Both the position numbers and the translations under genes were made by a program. Below, in pieces: positions 29,189-39,847 of a stretch of DNA of 64,000 bases. Within the stretch, counting starts at the first letter, position 1, and every line of letters begins with the position of its first letter. Origin of the DNA: Bdellovibrionota bacterium (GTDB taxonomy: Bacteria; Bdellovibrionota_C; UBA2361; OMII01); the NCBI GenBank assembly GCA_044345405.1, contig JBIJBE010000001.1:1-64000 (forward strand), in the 5' to 3' direction. The notes below the pieces were generated by a model. That model saw nothing but the letters and a program-made list of their open reading frames with translations. It did not search any database and was not told where the DNA came from.

Positions 29189-30373
29189 ATGGCACTTTGT
29201 GACCTCGCAACGTTCGGCTTGAGTGAGACTCGGGGATTTCTTCCTCACTCAGACCCCCTTATGAGCCTTCCGCCTACCTTCTCGGCGTGGGAGACCGTGG
29301 CGCAACGGCTGCCGAAGTATCTAGCCGGTCTGAGCCTTCGAAACGCGGTGAACGCGCTTCCTCACTTCGACGTTAACGCGCTCAAGAGTGACGCCGAGAT
29401 TCATCGCGCTATGGTTATTCTCTCCTTCATCGGTCACGCGTATGTGTTTGGCGAGAAGCCCACCGTTGATCGTATTCCTGAGGTCCTCGCGAAGCCGTGG
29501 TATGAGGTCGCTAAGGTCCTTGGCCGCCCACCAGTGCTTTCGTACGAGTCGTATGCTCTCGATAACTGGCAACGAATTGATCCGAACGGGCCGATCGCGA
29601 TGGGGAACGTCGCGCTCGCGCAGAACTTCTTGGCTGGCATCGACGAGGAGTGGTTCGTTATCGTTCACGTTGATATTGAGGCGCGAGCCGCGCATGCGCT
29701 CCAGGCTATAGCGAATGGCCGCAAAGCGGTTATCGCGGGAGACGTGAACGCGCTTACCAAGGAGCTTAAAGAGATGGCGTGCGCCCTCGACGGGATGTAC
29801 GCGTCCTTGTGCGCGATGGTGTTGCACTGCGATCCGTTCATCTACTTCCACCGTGTGCGTCCATACATCCACGGTTGGAAGAATAATCCATCACTTCCGA
29901 ATGGATTGATCTACGACGGCGTTCTTGAGCACGGGGGGCAGGGCCAGGTCCTTCGGGGTGAGACCGGCGCTCAAAGTAGTATTATTCCTTCACTCGACGC
30001 TTTCCTTGGGGTTGGTCACCAGGAGGATATCTTGAAGACCTACCTTATGGAGATGCGCTCCTACATGCCGCCAAAGCATCGCGCGTTCCTTGAGGCGGTT
30101 GAGGCGGGCCCCTCGACTCGTGACTTCGTGACGGCCAATGTGGCGAACGCGGAGCTCAAGAAGGTCTATGACGAGTGCGTCGATTGGGTAGAGAAGTTCC
30201 GAACGAAGCATCTCGAGTACGCGGTGAGCTACATCGCCAAGCAGGCACAGACTGATCCGAGTAACCCATCTCAGGTGGGAACGGGTGGTACGCCATTCGT
30301 GAAGTACCTGACCAAGCATCGAGATGAGACCGGGCAGCACAAGATCGGGTGTCCTGTGACGGGACGTCCGTAG
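29189..30373 (+). CDS. Indoleamine 2,3-dioxygenase family heme protein
   Basis: RGFLP, EEWFVIVHVDIE, RVRPYIHGW, GETGAQSS, MRSYMPPKH, FRTKH (proximal His), GTGGT. Confidence 0.9.
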   Translation: MALCDLATFGLSETRGFLPHSDPLMSLPPTFSAWETVAQRLPKYLAGLSLRNAVNALPHFDVNALKSDAEIHRAMVILSFIGHAYVFGEKPTVDRIPEVLAKPWYEVAKVLGRPPVLSYESYALDNWQRIDPNGPIAMGNVALAQNFLAGIDEEWFVIVHVDIEARAAHALQAIANGRKAVIAGDVNALTKELKEMACALDGMYASLCAMVLHCDPFIYFHRVRPYIHGWKNNPSLPNGLIYDGVLEHGGQGQVLRGETGAQSSIIPSLDAFLGVGHQEDILKTYLMEMRSYMPPKHRAFLEAVEAGPSTRDFVTANVANAELKKVYDECVDWVEKFRTKHLEYAVSYIAKQAQTDPSNPSQVGTGGTPFVKYLTKHRDETGQHKIGCPVTGRP

Positions 30374-30390
30374 GTCGAGGTGTTGCTGTT

Positions 30391-30426
30391 AGGACTCACC
30401 CGATTCGGTGTGGGTGAGTCCTTTTC
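30391..30426 (+). terminator. Terminator after IDO gene
   Basis: AGGACTCACCC...GGGTGAGTCCT followed by a T run. Confidence 0.75.
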
Positions 30427-30623
30427 TGCTCGTTTTCTTCAGTGGGCTTAGTGGGGAGTTGGCCTGACACACCATGCTATGGATCTGCCCCGCGGGGGGA
30501 TTTCGTATCCGCGTAATCTGTGATGAGGGTAGTTGTGTAATGCTGGTCATCGATGTGACGGGACGTGACATCGCTGACTAGGGGTGTTCCTAGGAGGTTT
30601 TCTCTGTCGTAGGAGGTTTTGCG

Positions 30624-31133
30624 ATGGATCGATTCTGCCTCTATCTTGGAGTCGCTCTCGTTCTCTCCTCGGTTGCAATACCGCTCGCGGCTCACAGCTA
30701 CGATGCGCGGGCTCACCAATGCCGAGCGCTTGATGAGGCTTTGCACACCATTGATGAAGTTGACCTTTGGGTATTTCAGCACGCGATCTCAGAGTGGCTC
30801 CGATATTTTGATGAACTCGGTCCTGTTGAGTCCAAGTATCGAAACGTTCGGGGCTCGGTGTTGGGGATTCAGAGTGACCTTCTGAGGTTGCAACGGGTAG
30901 GAGATTCGATGTCGGCCCTCGAAAAGCAGACTGAGGTGCGACGGATCGAGGAGCGGTTGCGAGACGTCCCGTATATAGGGGAAAAGCTCGCGCATACCAC
31001 GTACTCAATCGTCCCTTATATCGGAAGAAGATTTCTCGCTACCTTTGTCGTTATTCTTATCCTACTAGCTCCTAGTATGGTGATGGATCAATTGATCGCT
31101 TCATCGGAACGGGACATGCGCTATCGGGTATAG
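30624..31133 (+). CDS. Hypothetical membrane protein (N-terminal signal/TM, coiled coil, C-terminal TM)
   Basis: AGGAGG RBS and hydrophobic ends. Confidence 0.6.
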   Translation: MDRFCLYLGVALVLSSVAIPLAAHSYDARAHQCRALDEALHTIDEVDLWVFQHAISEWLRYFDELGPVESKYRNVRGSVLGIQSDLLRLQRVGDSMSALEKQTEVRRIEERLRDVPYIGEKLAHTTYSIVPYIGRRFLATFVVILILLAPSMVMDQLIASSERDMRYRV

Positions 31134-31342
31134 TAACGGACGGCCTTCAACGTCTAGAGGTTTATCAGTCGACACCGCCTGGTCAGCCTCTTTTTGCCTT
31201 AAGACCTCGGCGCCTAGGCTTCTGGATGCTCGTATGGATACTCTCTAGGTGGATACCCCCCACCATGGTAGGGTGTCGGCGTTGATAGACCGAACAGTTC
31301 ACGGTAGGTACCGGTGAGCTGGTTTTGGTAGCCGTCTTCGAT

Positions 31343-32464
31343 ATGTCATTTTCACTGAACCACACGCTCGGCTCTGATGGAACGCTCCTCGTCTCCGTGA
31401 GCGCGAGCTCTGCGTCCAATGGTGTGGACGCCAGTGGGGTTTTACGTGCGATCGATGGGCTTCCCAAGGGGGCTCGGGTCGTTCTCTCCGCCGCGGATTC
31501 TCTAGCGCCTGACTCCCTCCTGCTCGCTACTCTCTTTAGGCTCTCGTCACTATGCGCCCAACGAGAGGTTTCCCTCTCTCTTTCCGGATTTCCCGAGCAG
31601 GTTACCCGGCAGATATCCCTGGCGCTCTCGGTTCCTCCGAGAAAGGGGGCGAGTCGCACTCACGTTGAGGATCGTTTGATCGTTTCTGTCGGGCGAGCCT
31701 CGGTAGCGCTGGTTGAGAATCTTACAGGGTGGCTGACGTTCCTGGGCGAGCTTCTTGTGGCTCTATGGCTCTTCATTCGGCGACGGGCTCGGGTGCCGGT
31801 GCGCGATATTTGGGTGATACTTGATGAGTGTGGGCCTGGTGCGCTTCCGATCGTGACCCTTATTAGTGTTCTTGTGGGAGTGATCCTCGCATTTATCGGG
31901 GCGCAGCAGCTCAGGCAGTTCGGGGCCCAGATTTACGTGGCGAACCTGGTGAGCGTCGCGATGCTCCGCGAGATGGGCGCTGTTATGGCAGGCGTTATCA
32001 TGGCGGGTCGTACCGGGGCGGCGTTCGCGGCGCAGCTCGGCACGATGCAGGTAAACGAGGAGATCGACGCGCTGAAGACCCTTGGAATCTCGCCCATGCA
32101 GTACCTGGTGGTGCCTCGGGTCGTCGCGCTGATTATCATGATGCCCCTTCTGTGTGTCTACGCGGACGCGCTTGGTATTATCGGGGGCGCTCTGGTGAGC
32201 TCGCTCACGATGGATATCTCGCTCGTGCAGTATTTCAATCAGGCTCAGACCGCTGTGCACATGCGGGACTTCTGGTTGGGGGTGAGCAAGAGTTGCGTCT
32301 TTGGCGTCCTTATCGCTATCGCTGGATGTCTAAGTGGTATCCGGTGTGGCCGAAGCGCCTCCGCGGTTGGAGTCGCGGTGACCTCCGCGGTGGTTTCCGG
32401 AATTGTAGCGATCGTTTTATCTGACGCCGTGTTCGCGGTTATCACGGAGATTCTAGGGCTCTAA
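31343..32464 (+). CDS. mlaE: MlaE family ABC permease with N-terminal STAS-like domain
   Basis: LREMG, AGRTGAAFAAQLGTMQVNEEIDAL, VVPRV. Start approximate. Confidence 0.92.
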   Translation: MSFSLNHTLGSDGTLLVSVSASSASNGVDASGVLRAIDGLPKGARVVLSAADSLAPDSLLLATLFRLSSLCAQREVSLSLSGFPEQVTRQISLALSVPPRKGASRTHVEDRLIVSVGRASVALVENLTGWLTFLGELLVALWLFIRRRARVPVRDIWVILDECGPGALPIVTLISVLVGVILAFIGAQQLRQFGAQIYVANLVSVAMLREMGAVMAGVIMAGRTGAAFAAQLGTMQVNEEIDALKTLGISPMQYLVVPRVVALIIMMPLLCVYADALGIIGGALVSSLTMDISLVQYFNQAQTAVHMRDFWLGVSKSCVFGVLIAIAGCLSGIRCGRSASAVGVAVTSAVVSGIVAIVLSDAVFAVITEILGL

Positions 32465-32467
32465 CGT

Positions 32468-33229
32468 ATGAACGCGCCACAACCGCACATCACCGTTGAT
32501 AACCTCACCATGAAGTACGGAGATTTCCTGATTCAGAAGGACCTCTCGTTTTCTATAAATCGGGGAGATATCTTTATCGTCATGGGCGGGAGCGGGTGCG
32601 GAAAAAGCACGCTCCTGAAACACCTCGTAGGGCTCGTCCCACCATCGGCTGGTCGTGTGTTGTATGATGACCAGAGCTTCTGGGAACTCTCCTCCTCGGA
32701 TCGCGACGTGTTGCTTCGGCGGGTTGGGATCCTCTACCAGAAGGGGGCCCTTTGGACCTCAATGACACTGGCTGAGAACGTTGCGATGCCCCTTCGGCAG
32801 TACACCAACTTCTCAGAATCGGATATTCGAGATATCGCGAGCTACAAGCTGGCGTTGGTGGGGCTCTCCGGATTCGAGGACTACTATCCATCGGAGATAA
32901 GTGGTGGTATGCAGAAAAGGGCCGGGTTGGCTCGGGCTATCGCGTTAGATCCTGAGGTGCTCTTCTTTGATGAGCCATCAGCGGGACTTGATCCTATCAG
33001 TTCAAAGCTCCTTGATGATCTGATATTGGAGTTGAATCGAGGGTTAGGGGCGACCATCGTCGTGGTAACCCACGAGCTTCCGAGTATCTTCGCGATCGGC
33101 TCAAACTCGGTATTTCTCGACGCTGATGTGAAGACGATGATAGCGACGGGGGATCCGAAGGAGATGCTACGAAGCTCGAAGGACCCAAGAATTTTACGAT
33201 TCCTCACCAGAGGAGAGCGCGAAGCGTAG
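32468..33229 (+). CDS. mlaF: MlaF-like ABC ATPase
   Basis: GGSGCGKS, ISGGMQKR, FFDEPSAGLDP. Confidence 0.92.
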   Translation: MNAPQPHITVDNLTMKYGDFLIQKDLSFSINRGDIFIVMGGSGCGKSTLLKHLVGLVPPSAGRVLYDDQSFWELSSSDRDVLLRRVGILYQKGALWTSMTLAENVAMPLRQYTNFSESDIRDIASYKLALVGLSGFEDYYPSEISGGMQKRAGLARAIALDPEVLFFDEPSAGLDPISSKLLDDLILELNRGLGATIVVVTHELPSIFAIGSNSVFLDADVKTMIATGDPKEMLRSSKDPRILRFLTRGEREA

Positions 33230-33235
33230 AGACGT

Positions 33236-34123
33236 ATGAGTAAAGAACCCCGATACGCTTGGATAGGAACGTTCGTCGTTGGAGCGGTGTGCCTCATTGT
33301 GACCGCGGTACTGTTCTTTGGACGAGGGCGGCTTTTTGAACACACAACAACCTACATCGCCTTCTTTAGTGGCTCGGTGAAAGGTTTGCAGGTCGGAGCG
33401 CCGGTCAGTTTCCGAGGCGCTCGGGTCGGTAAGGTGAAGGACGTGTCGATCGTTTATAAGCCCGCCAAGGATGAGTTGATCATCCCGGTGCTGCTCGAGC
33501 TCGACGCGGATTCCGTGCGGGGGCTCAATACCGTCGATCACAAAAGAGGGGATGACTCTGAACCAGGATTCATCTCTCGCCTCATTGCTCGCGGCCTCAA
33601 AGCGCAGCTCGGTCTGGACAGTATCGTGACAGGACAGCTCTTCGTGCAGCTCGACTTCATGCCAGAGGTTCCGATACGGATGATGGCCGAGGACGATGAG
33701 GATTATCAGGAGATCCCCACAGCGCCATCACCACTTGAGAAGCTTCAAGAGACCCTCCAACAGATTCCTCTCGCTGAGTTGGCGCAAAAGACGGTCGCCG
33801 CTATTGAGAAGATCGAGGATCTTCTCTCATCGAACGATATCCAGGATGCATTCAGTAACCTTAACGCGCTCATGAAGGAGCTCGAGGTGGTTACGAAGAA
33901 CATAGACTCGAAGACCGATGGTCTCGCTCAGGAGTTTAAGGTGGCTTCCGCGCAGCTCACGACAACGCTCAAGACTTTGCAATCAAGCCTTGAGCAGAGC
34001 GATCCGTTGTTGGGCAAGACATCGGCGGCGATGGATGAGGTTTCTAATTCGGCTCGGGCGCTTCGGCGACTCGCTGATTACCTGGAACAGCATCCTGAGT
34101 CGCTCTTACGAGGAAAACGGTAG
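33236..34123 (+). CDS. mlaD: MCE/MlaD family protein (PqiB-like)
   Basis: GSVKGLQVGAPVSFRG MCE motif, TGQLFVQLDF, C-terminal HPESLLRGK. Confidence 0.9.
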   Translation: MSKEPRYAWIGTFVVGAVCLIVTAVLFFGRGRLFEHTTTYIAFFSGSVKGLQVGAPVSFRGARVGKVKDVSIVYKPAKDELIIPVLLELDADSVRGLNTVDHKRGDDSEPGFISRLIARGLKAQLGLDSIVTGQLFVQLDFMPEVPIRMMAEDDEDYQEIPTAPSPLEKLQETLQQIPLAELAQKTVAAIEKIEDLLSSNDIQDAFSNLNALMKELEVVTKNIDSKTDGLAQEFKVASAQLTTTLKTLQSSLEQSDPLLGKTSAAMDEVSNSARALRRLADYLEQHPESLLRGKR

Positions 34124-34131
34124 GGAGAGAT

Positions 34132-34722
34132 ATGAAATTGGTACAACGAGCTCTCGTCGCGGTTATTATTGTTTCGTCGGTAGGTTGTTTTCGTTCCCCG
34201 CCCTCTCGCTTCTATTCGCTTCTCTCTCAACAAGAGGTCGAGTCGAATCCTCCTCTGTCGTCCGAAGGCATGCAGCTTGAGGTAGCGTCAGTTGTGTTTC
34301 CGCAGTATCTCAACGATCCCCGCATCGCCGTGAGAACTGGTGTTAATGAGATTTCGCGTGATGAGTACGAGCGTTGGATTGAGGATCCAGACGTCAACTT
34401 TAGGCAGGCGTTGCTCGATAACCTCTCCCGAGAATTGAAAAGTAGCAACGTGTTCTCATCGGATGTGTATCCCCAACGTCGCGGCGCTCAGGTTCTTCAG
34501 GTCGAGGTGCTCCAGTTTGATGTTACTGAAGAGGGAGCGGCGCTGTTGAAGGTTCGATGGGCGGCTGGCAGCGATCGCGCCGCGCTCGTTGGCGCTCCGC
34601 TAACGGTTTCAGAGTTTACCGCGCGCGCGGAGCGATCTGACAGCGAGGCGCGGGTTGAGGCTCTAAGTTCGCTCGTTCGTGATTTCGCGCGCAAGATGGC
34701 GGCGCAGCTCGCGCCAAAGTAA
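34132..34722 (+). CDS. pqiC: PqiC family lipoprotein
   Basis: Lipobox SVGC, SRFYSL, FPQYL..PRI, ERW. Confidence 0.85.
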   Translation: MKLVQRALVAVIIVSSVGCFRSPPSRFYSLLSQQEVESNPPLSSEGMQLEVASVVFPQYLNDPRIAVRTGVNEISRDEYERWIEDPDVNFRQALLDNLSRELKSSNVFSSDVYPQRRGAQVLQVEVLQFDVTEEGAALLKVRWAAGSDRAALVGAPLTVSEFTARAERSDSEARVEALSSLVRDFARKMAAQLAPK

Positions 34723-34770
34723 GGGGGCCGTCGGGAACCGCGTCATGGCCTCTGATGAGGGGCTAGCTTT

Positions 34771-35199
34771 TTAGGCTGGCTCGACAGACACGATAGGGAC
34801 GCCGTGAGCTATCTCCTGTCCCTTGTTCACATGCACCTTGGTCACGCGTAGGTCGGTCGGCGCCTTAATCGGATTCTCCATCTTCATCGCTTCGATCACG
34901 ACGAGCGTTGCTCCCGCGGATACGATATCGCCCTCGCTCACCTTGATGTCCGAAATGATTCCCGGTAGGGGAGCTCTGACCTCTGGGGGAAGGGCGGTTT
35001 TCGAAGATGATGAGGTGCCGCCGGCGCGCTGTTTTGGGAGATGCTCTACGGTTACCTCCTTCGACGACATCCGAGTGGTCGAGTCGACGGATACGGTGTA
35101 CTCACGGTCATCGATCAGGAAGGTAAGGGAGCTTCCCGTCCTTCTCTTAAGGAATACGGTGAACGTATCGCCCTTAACCGTGACGGTGTACGCACTCAT
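34771..35199 (-). CDS. Biotin carboxyl carrier protein
   Basis: APLPG and EAMKMEN biotinylation motif. ATGA-coupled to the upstream small ORF. Confidence 0.93.
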   Translation of the reverse strand: MSAYTVTVKGDTFTVFLKRRTGSSLTFLIDDREYTVSVDSTTRMSSKEVTVEHLPKQRAGGTSSSSKTALPPEVRAPLPGIISDIKVSEGDIVSAGATLVVIEAMKMENPIKAPTDLRVTKVHVNKGQEIAHGVPIVSVEPA

Positions 35200-35447
35200 C
35201 GAGAGCTCCGGTCGATCGCCTCGAGCCGTCCGGAGGAACGCCACAGAGAGGGAGTTTCATTGCTTGTGTAGATGAGGTTGCCGGACGCGTCGACCGTAAA
35301 GTCTCCCGGGGGTAATCCGTTGCTGAGCGTCGACGCTATCAGCGAGAGCGTTTCTTGAGATACCTCGCCTGAACGAGTGGCACCGAGTACGAACCGAATG
35401 CCGTCATGGGAGAGTGGTGGTGGTAGGGGTGGGCGCAGTCCGCTCAT
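35196..35447 (-). CDS. Small accessory subunit of acyl-CoA carboxylase/decarboxylase (epsilon/delta-like)
   Basis: 83 aa between the carboxyltransferase and BCCP genes, translationally coupled. C-terminal SLWRSSGR resembles the W..xGR tail of such subunits. Confidence 0.6.
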   Translation of the reverse strand: MSGLRPPLPPPLSHDGIRFVLGATRSGEVSQETLSLIASTLSNGLPPGDFTVDASGNLIYTSNETPSLWRSSGRLEAIDRSSR

Positions 35448-35452
35448 AAGCC

Positions 35453-37003
35453 TTACAGGGGAATATTGCCGTGTTTGCGTTTCGGTGGGCTCTGTCGTTT
35501 GGTTGAGAGGGTGGCGAAGGCTTCAATGACCTTGCTTCGAGTCTCTCGTGGTTTAATGACCGAGTCGATAAAGCCAAGCTCAGACGCCTCCCACGGATTG
35601 GCGAACTTCTCTCGGTAGTCCTTCACAAGTTGGGCCCGCTTTTCGGCCTCTTTACCAACCTTAGCCGCCTCGTCGAGCTCTCGTCGGAAGATGATACTCA
35701 CGGCTCCATCGGATCCCATCACCGCGATCTCAGCCGATGGATAGGCGAAGTTCATATCGGCTCGAATGTGTTTCGACGCCATCACGTCGTACGCGCCTCC
35801 GTATGCCTTTCGGGTGATGACGGTGACCTTCGGCACGGTAGCCTCGGCGAACGCGTAGAGGAGCTTCGCCCCGTGTCGAATAATCCCTCCGTGCTCCTGT
35901 TGCACACCTGGCAAGAAACCCGGTACGTCAACGAGCGTGAGGAGCGGAATGTTGAAGGCGTCACAGAAGCGAACGAATCGAGCCGCTTTCGTGCTCGCGT
36001 TGATATCGAGACATCCGGCCAGGACCGATGGTTGATTCGCGACGACGCCGGTTGAGCGGCCGTTCAGTCGTACAAACCCGACAACGATATTCTGCGCGTA
36101 CGCCCCTTGAACCTCGAAGAAGTGATTTGAGTCAGCTATTGAGGTGATAAGCTCCTTGATATCGTACGGTTGGTTCGGTTGCTCAGGGATTAAGCGGTCG
36201 AGAGCAGGGTCTTCCCTGAGGGCGAGGTCTCCCGAGAACACCATCGGAGCTGGGTCGAGGTTGTTCTGTGGAAGGTACGAGAGGAGCTCTTTGCACATGG
36301 CGATGCACGAGGCGTCATCGGTCGCTTCGAAGTGCGCGACGCCACTGATCGAGGTATGGGTGTCCGCTCCTCCAAGTAGCTCTTTGGAGACATCCTCTTT
36401 GGTCACCGTCTTGATCACATCGGGACCGGTGATGAACATGTGGCTCTTCTCTTTCACCATCAAGATGAAGTCTGTGATTGCGGGTGAGTACACCGCGCCT
36501 CCAGCGCATGGCCCAAGGATGAGAGAGATTTGAGGAACGACCCCTGAGAGGAGGGTGTTGCGAAGGAAGATATCCGCGTATCCCCCGAGACTCTCAACGC
36601 CCTCCTGAATGCGGGCACCACCTGAGTCGTTGAGGCCGATGACCGGGCAACCGATGCGTTCCGCGAGATCCATGATCTTCACGATCTTTTTGGCGTGCAT
36701 CGCCGCGAGGGAGCCTCCAAAGACGGTGAAGTCCTGCGCGAACACGCACACTCTTCTGCCGTTAATCGTACCAGTTCCGGTCACGACGCCGTCTCCCAGG
36801 TAGCGCTTCTCCGCGAGTCCGAAATTAGAGGAACGATGGGTGACGAATTTATCGTATTCGGTAAACGAGCCCTCATCGAGAAGGGTTGTGACTCGCTCTC
36901 GGGCGGTCAATTTTCCGCTCTCATGTTGTCGGGCTACTCGTTCAGCGCCACCACCACTCTCGGCTTCGGCGTTTCGACGCTCAAGTTCATTCGTTTGACT
37001 CAT
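35453..37003 (-). CDS. pccB: Propionyl-CoA carboxylase beta / methylmalonyl-CoA decarboxylase alpha subunit
   Basis: [45 protein letters not shown]. Confidence 0.95.
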   Translation of the reverse strand: MSQTNELERRNAEAESGGGAERVARQHESGKLTARERVTTLLDEGSFTEYDKFVTHRSSNFGLAEKRYLGDGVVTGTGTINGRRVCVFAQDFTVFGGSLAAMHAKKIVKIMDLAERIGCPVIGLNDSGGARIQEGVESLGGYADIFLRNTLLSGVVPQISLILGPCAGGAVYSPAITDFILMVKEKSHMFITGPDVIKTVTKEDVSKELLGGADTHTSISGVAHFEATDDASCIAMCKELLSYLPQNNLDPAPMVFSGDLALREDPALDRLIPEQPNQPYDIKELITSIADSNHFFEVQGAYAQNIVVGFVRLNGRSTGVVANQPSVLAGCLDINASTKAARFVRFCDAFNIPLLTLVDVPGFLPGVQQEHGGIIRHGAKLLYAFAEATVPKVTVITRKAYGGAYDVMASKHIRADMNFAYPSAEIAVMGSDGAVSIIFRRELDEAAKVGKEAEKRAQLVKDYREKFANPWEASELGFIDSVIKPRETRSKVIEAFATLSTKRQSPPKRKHGNIPL

Positions 37004-37186
37004 AGTGGCATGATGTTACCACGGAAGGTGGCTCGGGAAAGGACCTCTTTTGTGAGGGGAGGGCTCGGTCATGTGGCGCTTCAGCACGGCTTTGGATACG
37101 GGTTTGTATGACCCGGTCTTTCATAATGATGTTCGCTTCGAAATCCTTCTTTACTCCCAAAGTGTAGGGGGTCTATCTTCTCTTGT

Positions 37187-38014
37187 ATGGTTACAGTTAC
37201 GTCCCCAGTATCTCGCGCGCTCCGTTCCTTCGCTCTTGGAGCAGTTCTTGTCTTCTCAGGGTGTTCCGAAATGGCACCGCAGCCCCTTCGGACTCCGGAG
37301 CCCGCTGAAAAGATCGTCTTCAATGCCATGTCCTCTTTCTACTGCGCTGAGAAGCGGTGGCCCAAGAGTTGGGATGAACTCGCGCAGTTTGAGGGGCTTT
37401 CAATAGAGGCTCACAGCGCTGTCGGCGAGATGCTCACGCCAGATATCTCCTCGCCACGAGCCATCCTGCTCGTCGTTCGATATAAGAACGCGCAGGGACT
37501 CGATCGGCGGGTTGTCTACATCGCGCCCCCCGAATGTGATGGCGAGGCCGATGCGAAAAGGGTGTCGATGGCCGGCGGTCGGGTAAGCTTTGACCGCCTC
37601 CCTGGTTTTACGCAGCTTGATGGCGCGGCGGTGAAGGCGAAGTGGAAGGATGGCCCATATCCTGATGTCGCATGGCATGACGCGAGCCGTGGGATATTTG
37701 TGACGGTTCGCTTTGGCGAGGTTCCGGTCTCTCCGACGGATCTCCCCGCGCTCAAGGAGGAGCTTGAGGGCGCGTATGAGTCCTCTCTCCGTAATCTGAC
37801 CTGGATTGAGCGAAGTGTCGCCGCTGATGAAGAGCCTCCGAAATTGGTGCATATCCTCTCGAGTGACTCCTCTTCGGGCTCCACGATTTCGTACACTATG
37901 TCGATGTCCTTCGATGAGCGTTTGCTGACGATCTCCGTATCGGGTCCGGCGGAGAGGGAGAAGGGGATCGAACAGGTGGCTGGCTCCCTCCGTCGCTCGT
38001 TGAGGCTTCGGTAG
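37187..38014 (+). CDS. Hypothetical lipoprotein
   Basis: Lipobox FSGC. Ends 3 bp before the mutase gene. Confidence 0.7.
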   Translation: MVTVTSPVSRALRSFALGAVLVFSGCSEMAPQPLRTPEPAEKIVFNAMSSFYCAEKRWPKSWDELAQFEGLSIEAHSAVGEMLTPDISSPRAILLVVRYKNAQGLDRRVVYIAPPECDGEADAKRVSMAGGRVSFDRLPGFTQLDGAAVKAKWKDGPYPDVAWHDASRGIFVTVRFGEVPVSPTDLPALKEELEGAYESSLRNLTWIERSVAADEEPPKLVHILSSDSSSGSTISYTMSMSFDERLLTISVSGPAEREKGIEQVAGSLRRSLRLR

Positions 38015-38017
38015 TCT

Positions 38018-39592
38018 ATGTCCGAGCCACGAACGTACAAGACATCTTCCGGTATGACGATACGGGAGGTGTATGACTCCTCTGAAGCGAGACCTCGCTC
38101 CGACGAGCGTCCAGGAGAGTATCCCTATACTCGCGGAATTCACCGAAGCATGTATCGAGGGAAGGTCTGGACGATGCGGCAGTACGCCGGATTCGGTTCA
38201 GCCGCTGAGACGAACGCCCGCTACCACTTCCTGCTTAAGCAGGGAATTACCGGATTGAGCGTCGCTTTCGATCTCCCGACGCAGATGGGACGCGATCCGG
38301 ACCATCTTGTCGCGCGCGGTGAGGTTGGGCGTGTAGGCGTGTCGATCGCGACCCTCGATGATATGGATCGCCTCTTTCAAGGGATCAAGCTCGAGGATGT
38401 CTCGATCTCGATGACGATCAACGCGACCGCTTCGACTTTGCTCGCCTTTCTGATCGTGCTCGCTGAGCGTCGAGGAGTTCCGCTCACCTCTCTTCGGGGA
38501 ACCACGCAAAACGACATTCTCAAGGAGTATATCGCTCGGGGAACCTACATCTATCCCCCTCGGCCAGGGATGCGGCTCGTCACTGATATCTTCTCGTACT
38601 GCGCCAAACACGTGCCGAATTGGAATACCATAAGCGTCTCTGGGTACCACATTCGCGAAGCGGGGAGCACCGCCGTTGAGGAGGTCGCTTTCACCCTCGC
38701 TGATGGTATCGCCTACGTTGACGCCGCGTTGAAGCGGGGACTCAAGGTTGATGACTTCGCTCCACGTGTGGCGTTCTTCTTTAACTGCCACAACAACTTC
38801 CTTGAGGAGGTCGCTAAGTTCCGCGCAGCGCGGCGCATGTGGGCTCGGATTATGAGGGAGCGGTTCGGTGCGCAAGACCCTCGCTCCATGATGTTGCGCT
38901 TTCACACGCAGACCGCGGGTAGCTCTCTCACCGCGCAACAGCCGCACAATAACGTCGTGCGAACTACCGTTCAGGCGCTCGCGGCTGTGCTTGGGGGAAC
39001 GCAGTCCTTACACACCAACGGCTTCGATGAGGCGCTCGGTTTGCCGACTGAACAGAGCGCTCAGCTCGCGTTGCGCACGCAGCAGATAATCGCTGAGGAG
39101 TCGGGGGTGACCGCATCGGCGGATCCTCTTGGGGGAAGTTACCTCGTTGAGTCCATGACTGACTGGTTAGAGAGCGAGGCCCAGCGGCGGATCGACAAGA
39201 TCGATTCGATGGGTGGAATGCTTTCAGCGATTGAGCAACGGTATCCTCAAGGGGAGATTGAATCCTCCGCGTACGAAGCTCAACGAGCGATAGAGCAGGG
39301 GAGTTCGGTCGTTGTTGGGGTGAATCGGTACTGTGAGCAGAGTCGTGGTGAGGCTCCTTCAGTTTTGAGGATCGATCCGAAGGGAGAGGGTGACCAAGTC
39401 GCTCGAATCGCCGCGTACAGGGCCGGTAGAGACTCGACGAAGGCCGCTGGGTCGCTGTCCTCGCTTGAGGCGGTTGCGCGCTCGGACGCTGAATTGATGC
39501 CCGCGATAGTGGAGTGCGTTCGTTCCTCATGCACGTTAGGAGAGATCTCTGATGCCCTTCGAAGGGTATTCGGTGAGTACAAGGATCTATAG
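38018..39592 (+). CDS. Methylmalonyl-CoA mutase, large (substrate-binding) subunit
   Basis: [42 protein letters not shown]. No C-terminal DxHxxG B12 domain. Confidence 0.95.
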   Translation: MSEPRTYKTSSGMTIREVYDSSEARPRSDERPGEYPYTRGIHRSMYRGKVWTMRQYAGFGSAAETNARYHFLLKQGITGLSVAFDLPTQMGRDPDHLVARGEVGRVGVSIATLDDMDRLFQGIKLEDVSISMTINATASTLLAFLIVLAERRGVPLTSLRGTTQNDILKEYIARGTYIYPPRPGMRLVTDIFSYCAKHVPNWNTISVSGYHIREAGSTAVEEVAFTLADGIAYVDAALKRGLKVDDFAPRVAFFFNCHNNFLEEVAKFRAARRMWARIMRERFGAQDPRSMMLRFHTQTAGSSLTAQQPHNNVVRTTVQALAAVLGGTQSLHTNGFDEALGLPTEQSAQLALRTQQIIAEESGVTASADPLGGSYLVESMTDWLESEAQRRIDKIDSMGGMLSAIEQRYPQGEIESSAYEAQRAIEQGSSVVVGVNRYCEQSRGEAPSVLRIDPKGEGDQVARIAAYRAGRDSTKAAGSLSSLEAVARSDAELMPAIVECVRSSCTLGEISDALRRVFGEYKDL

Positions 39593-39765
39593 GGTTGGCG
39601 TTCCGTCGATCTTCCCGAGGTGATAGTGGTGTTCTGGTGAGGCCGCCGAGTTTAGGGCTGTGTTCGACCTCTAGTGTTCGCCTAAGTTCTTGAAAAGACC
39701 AGTTTTTATCCCTGGCGCTGCGTTGAGTATAGCCATCGTTTGGCCCATGTTTTGAAATTTTATTT

Positions 39766-39789
39766 ATATATTCTGATATTTGAATATAT
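39766..39789. promoter_or_regulatory. ArsR-family operator palindrome (ATATATTC-N8-GAATATAT)
   Basis: Perfect 8-8-8 inverted repeat in an AT-rich promoter, just downstream of TTGAAA (39752) and about 60 bp upstream of arsR. Confidence 0.75.
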
Positions 39790-39847
39790 GATACTCTGAA
39801 TGCACGAATAGCTCGCCAGGTAGGTGGGATTGTCGTCAGGGGGAAAA

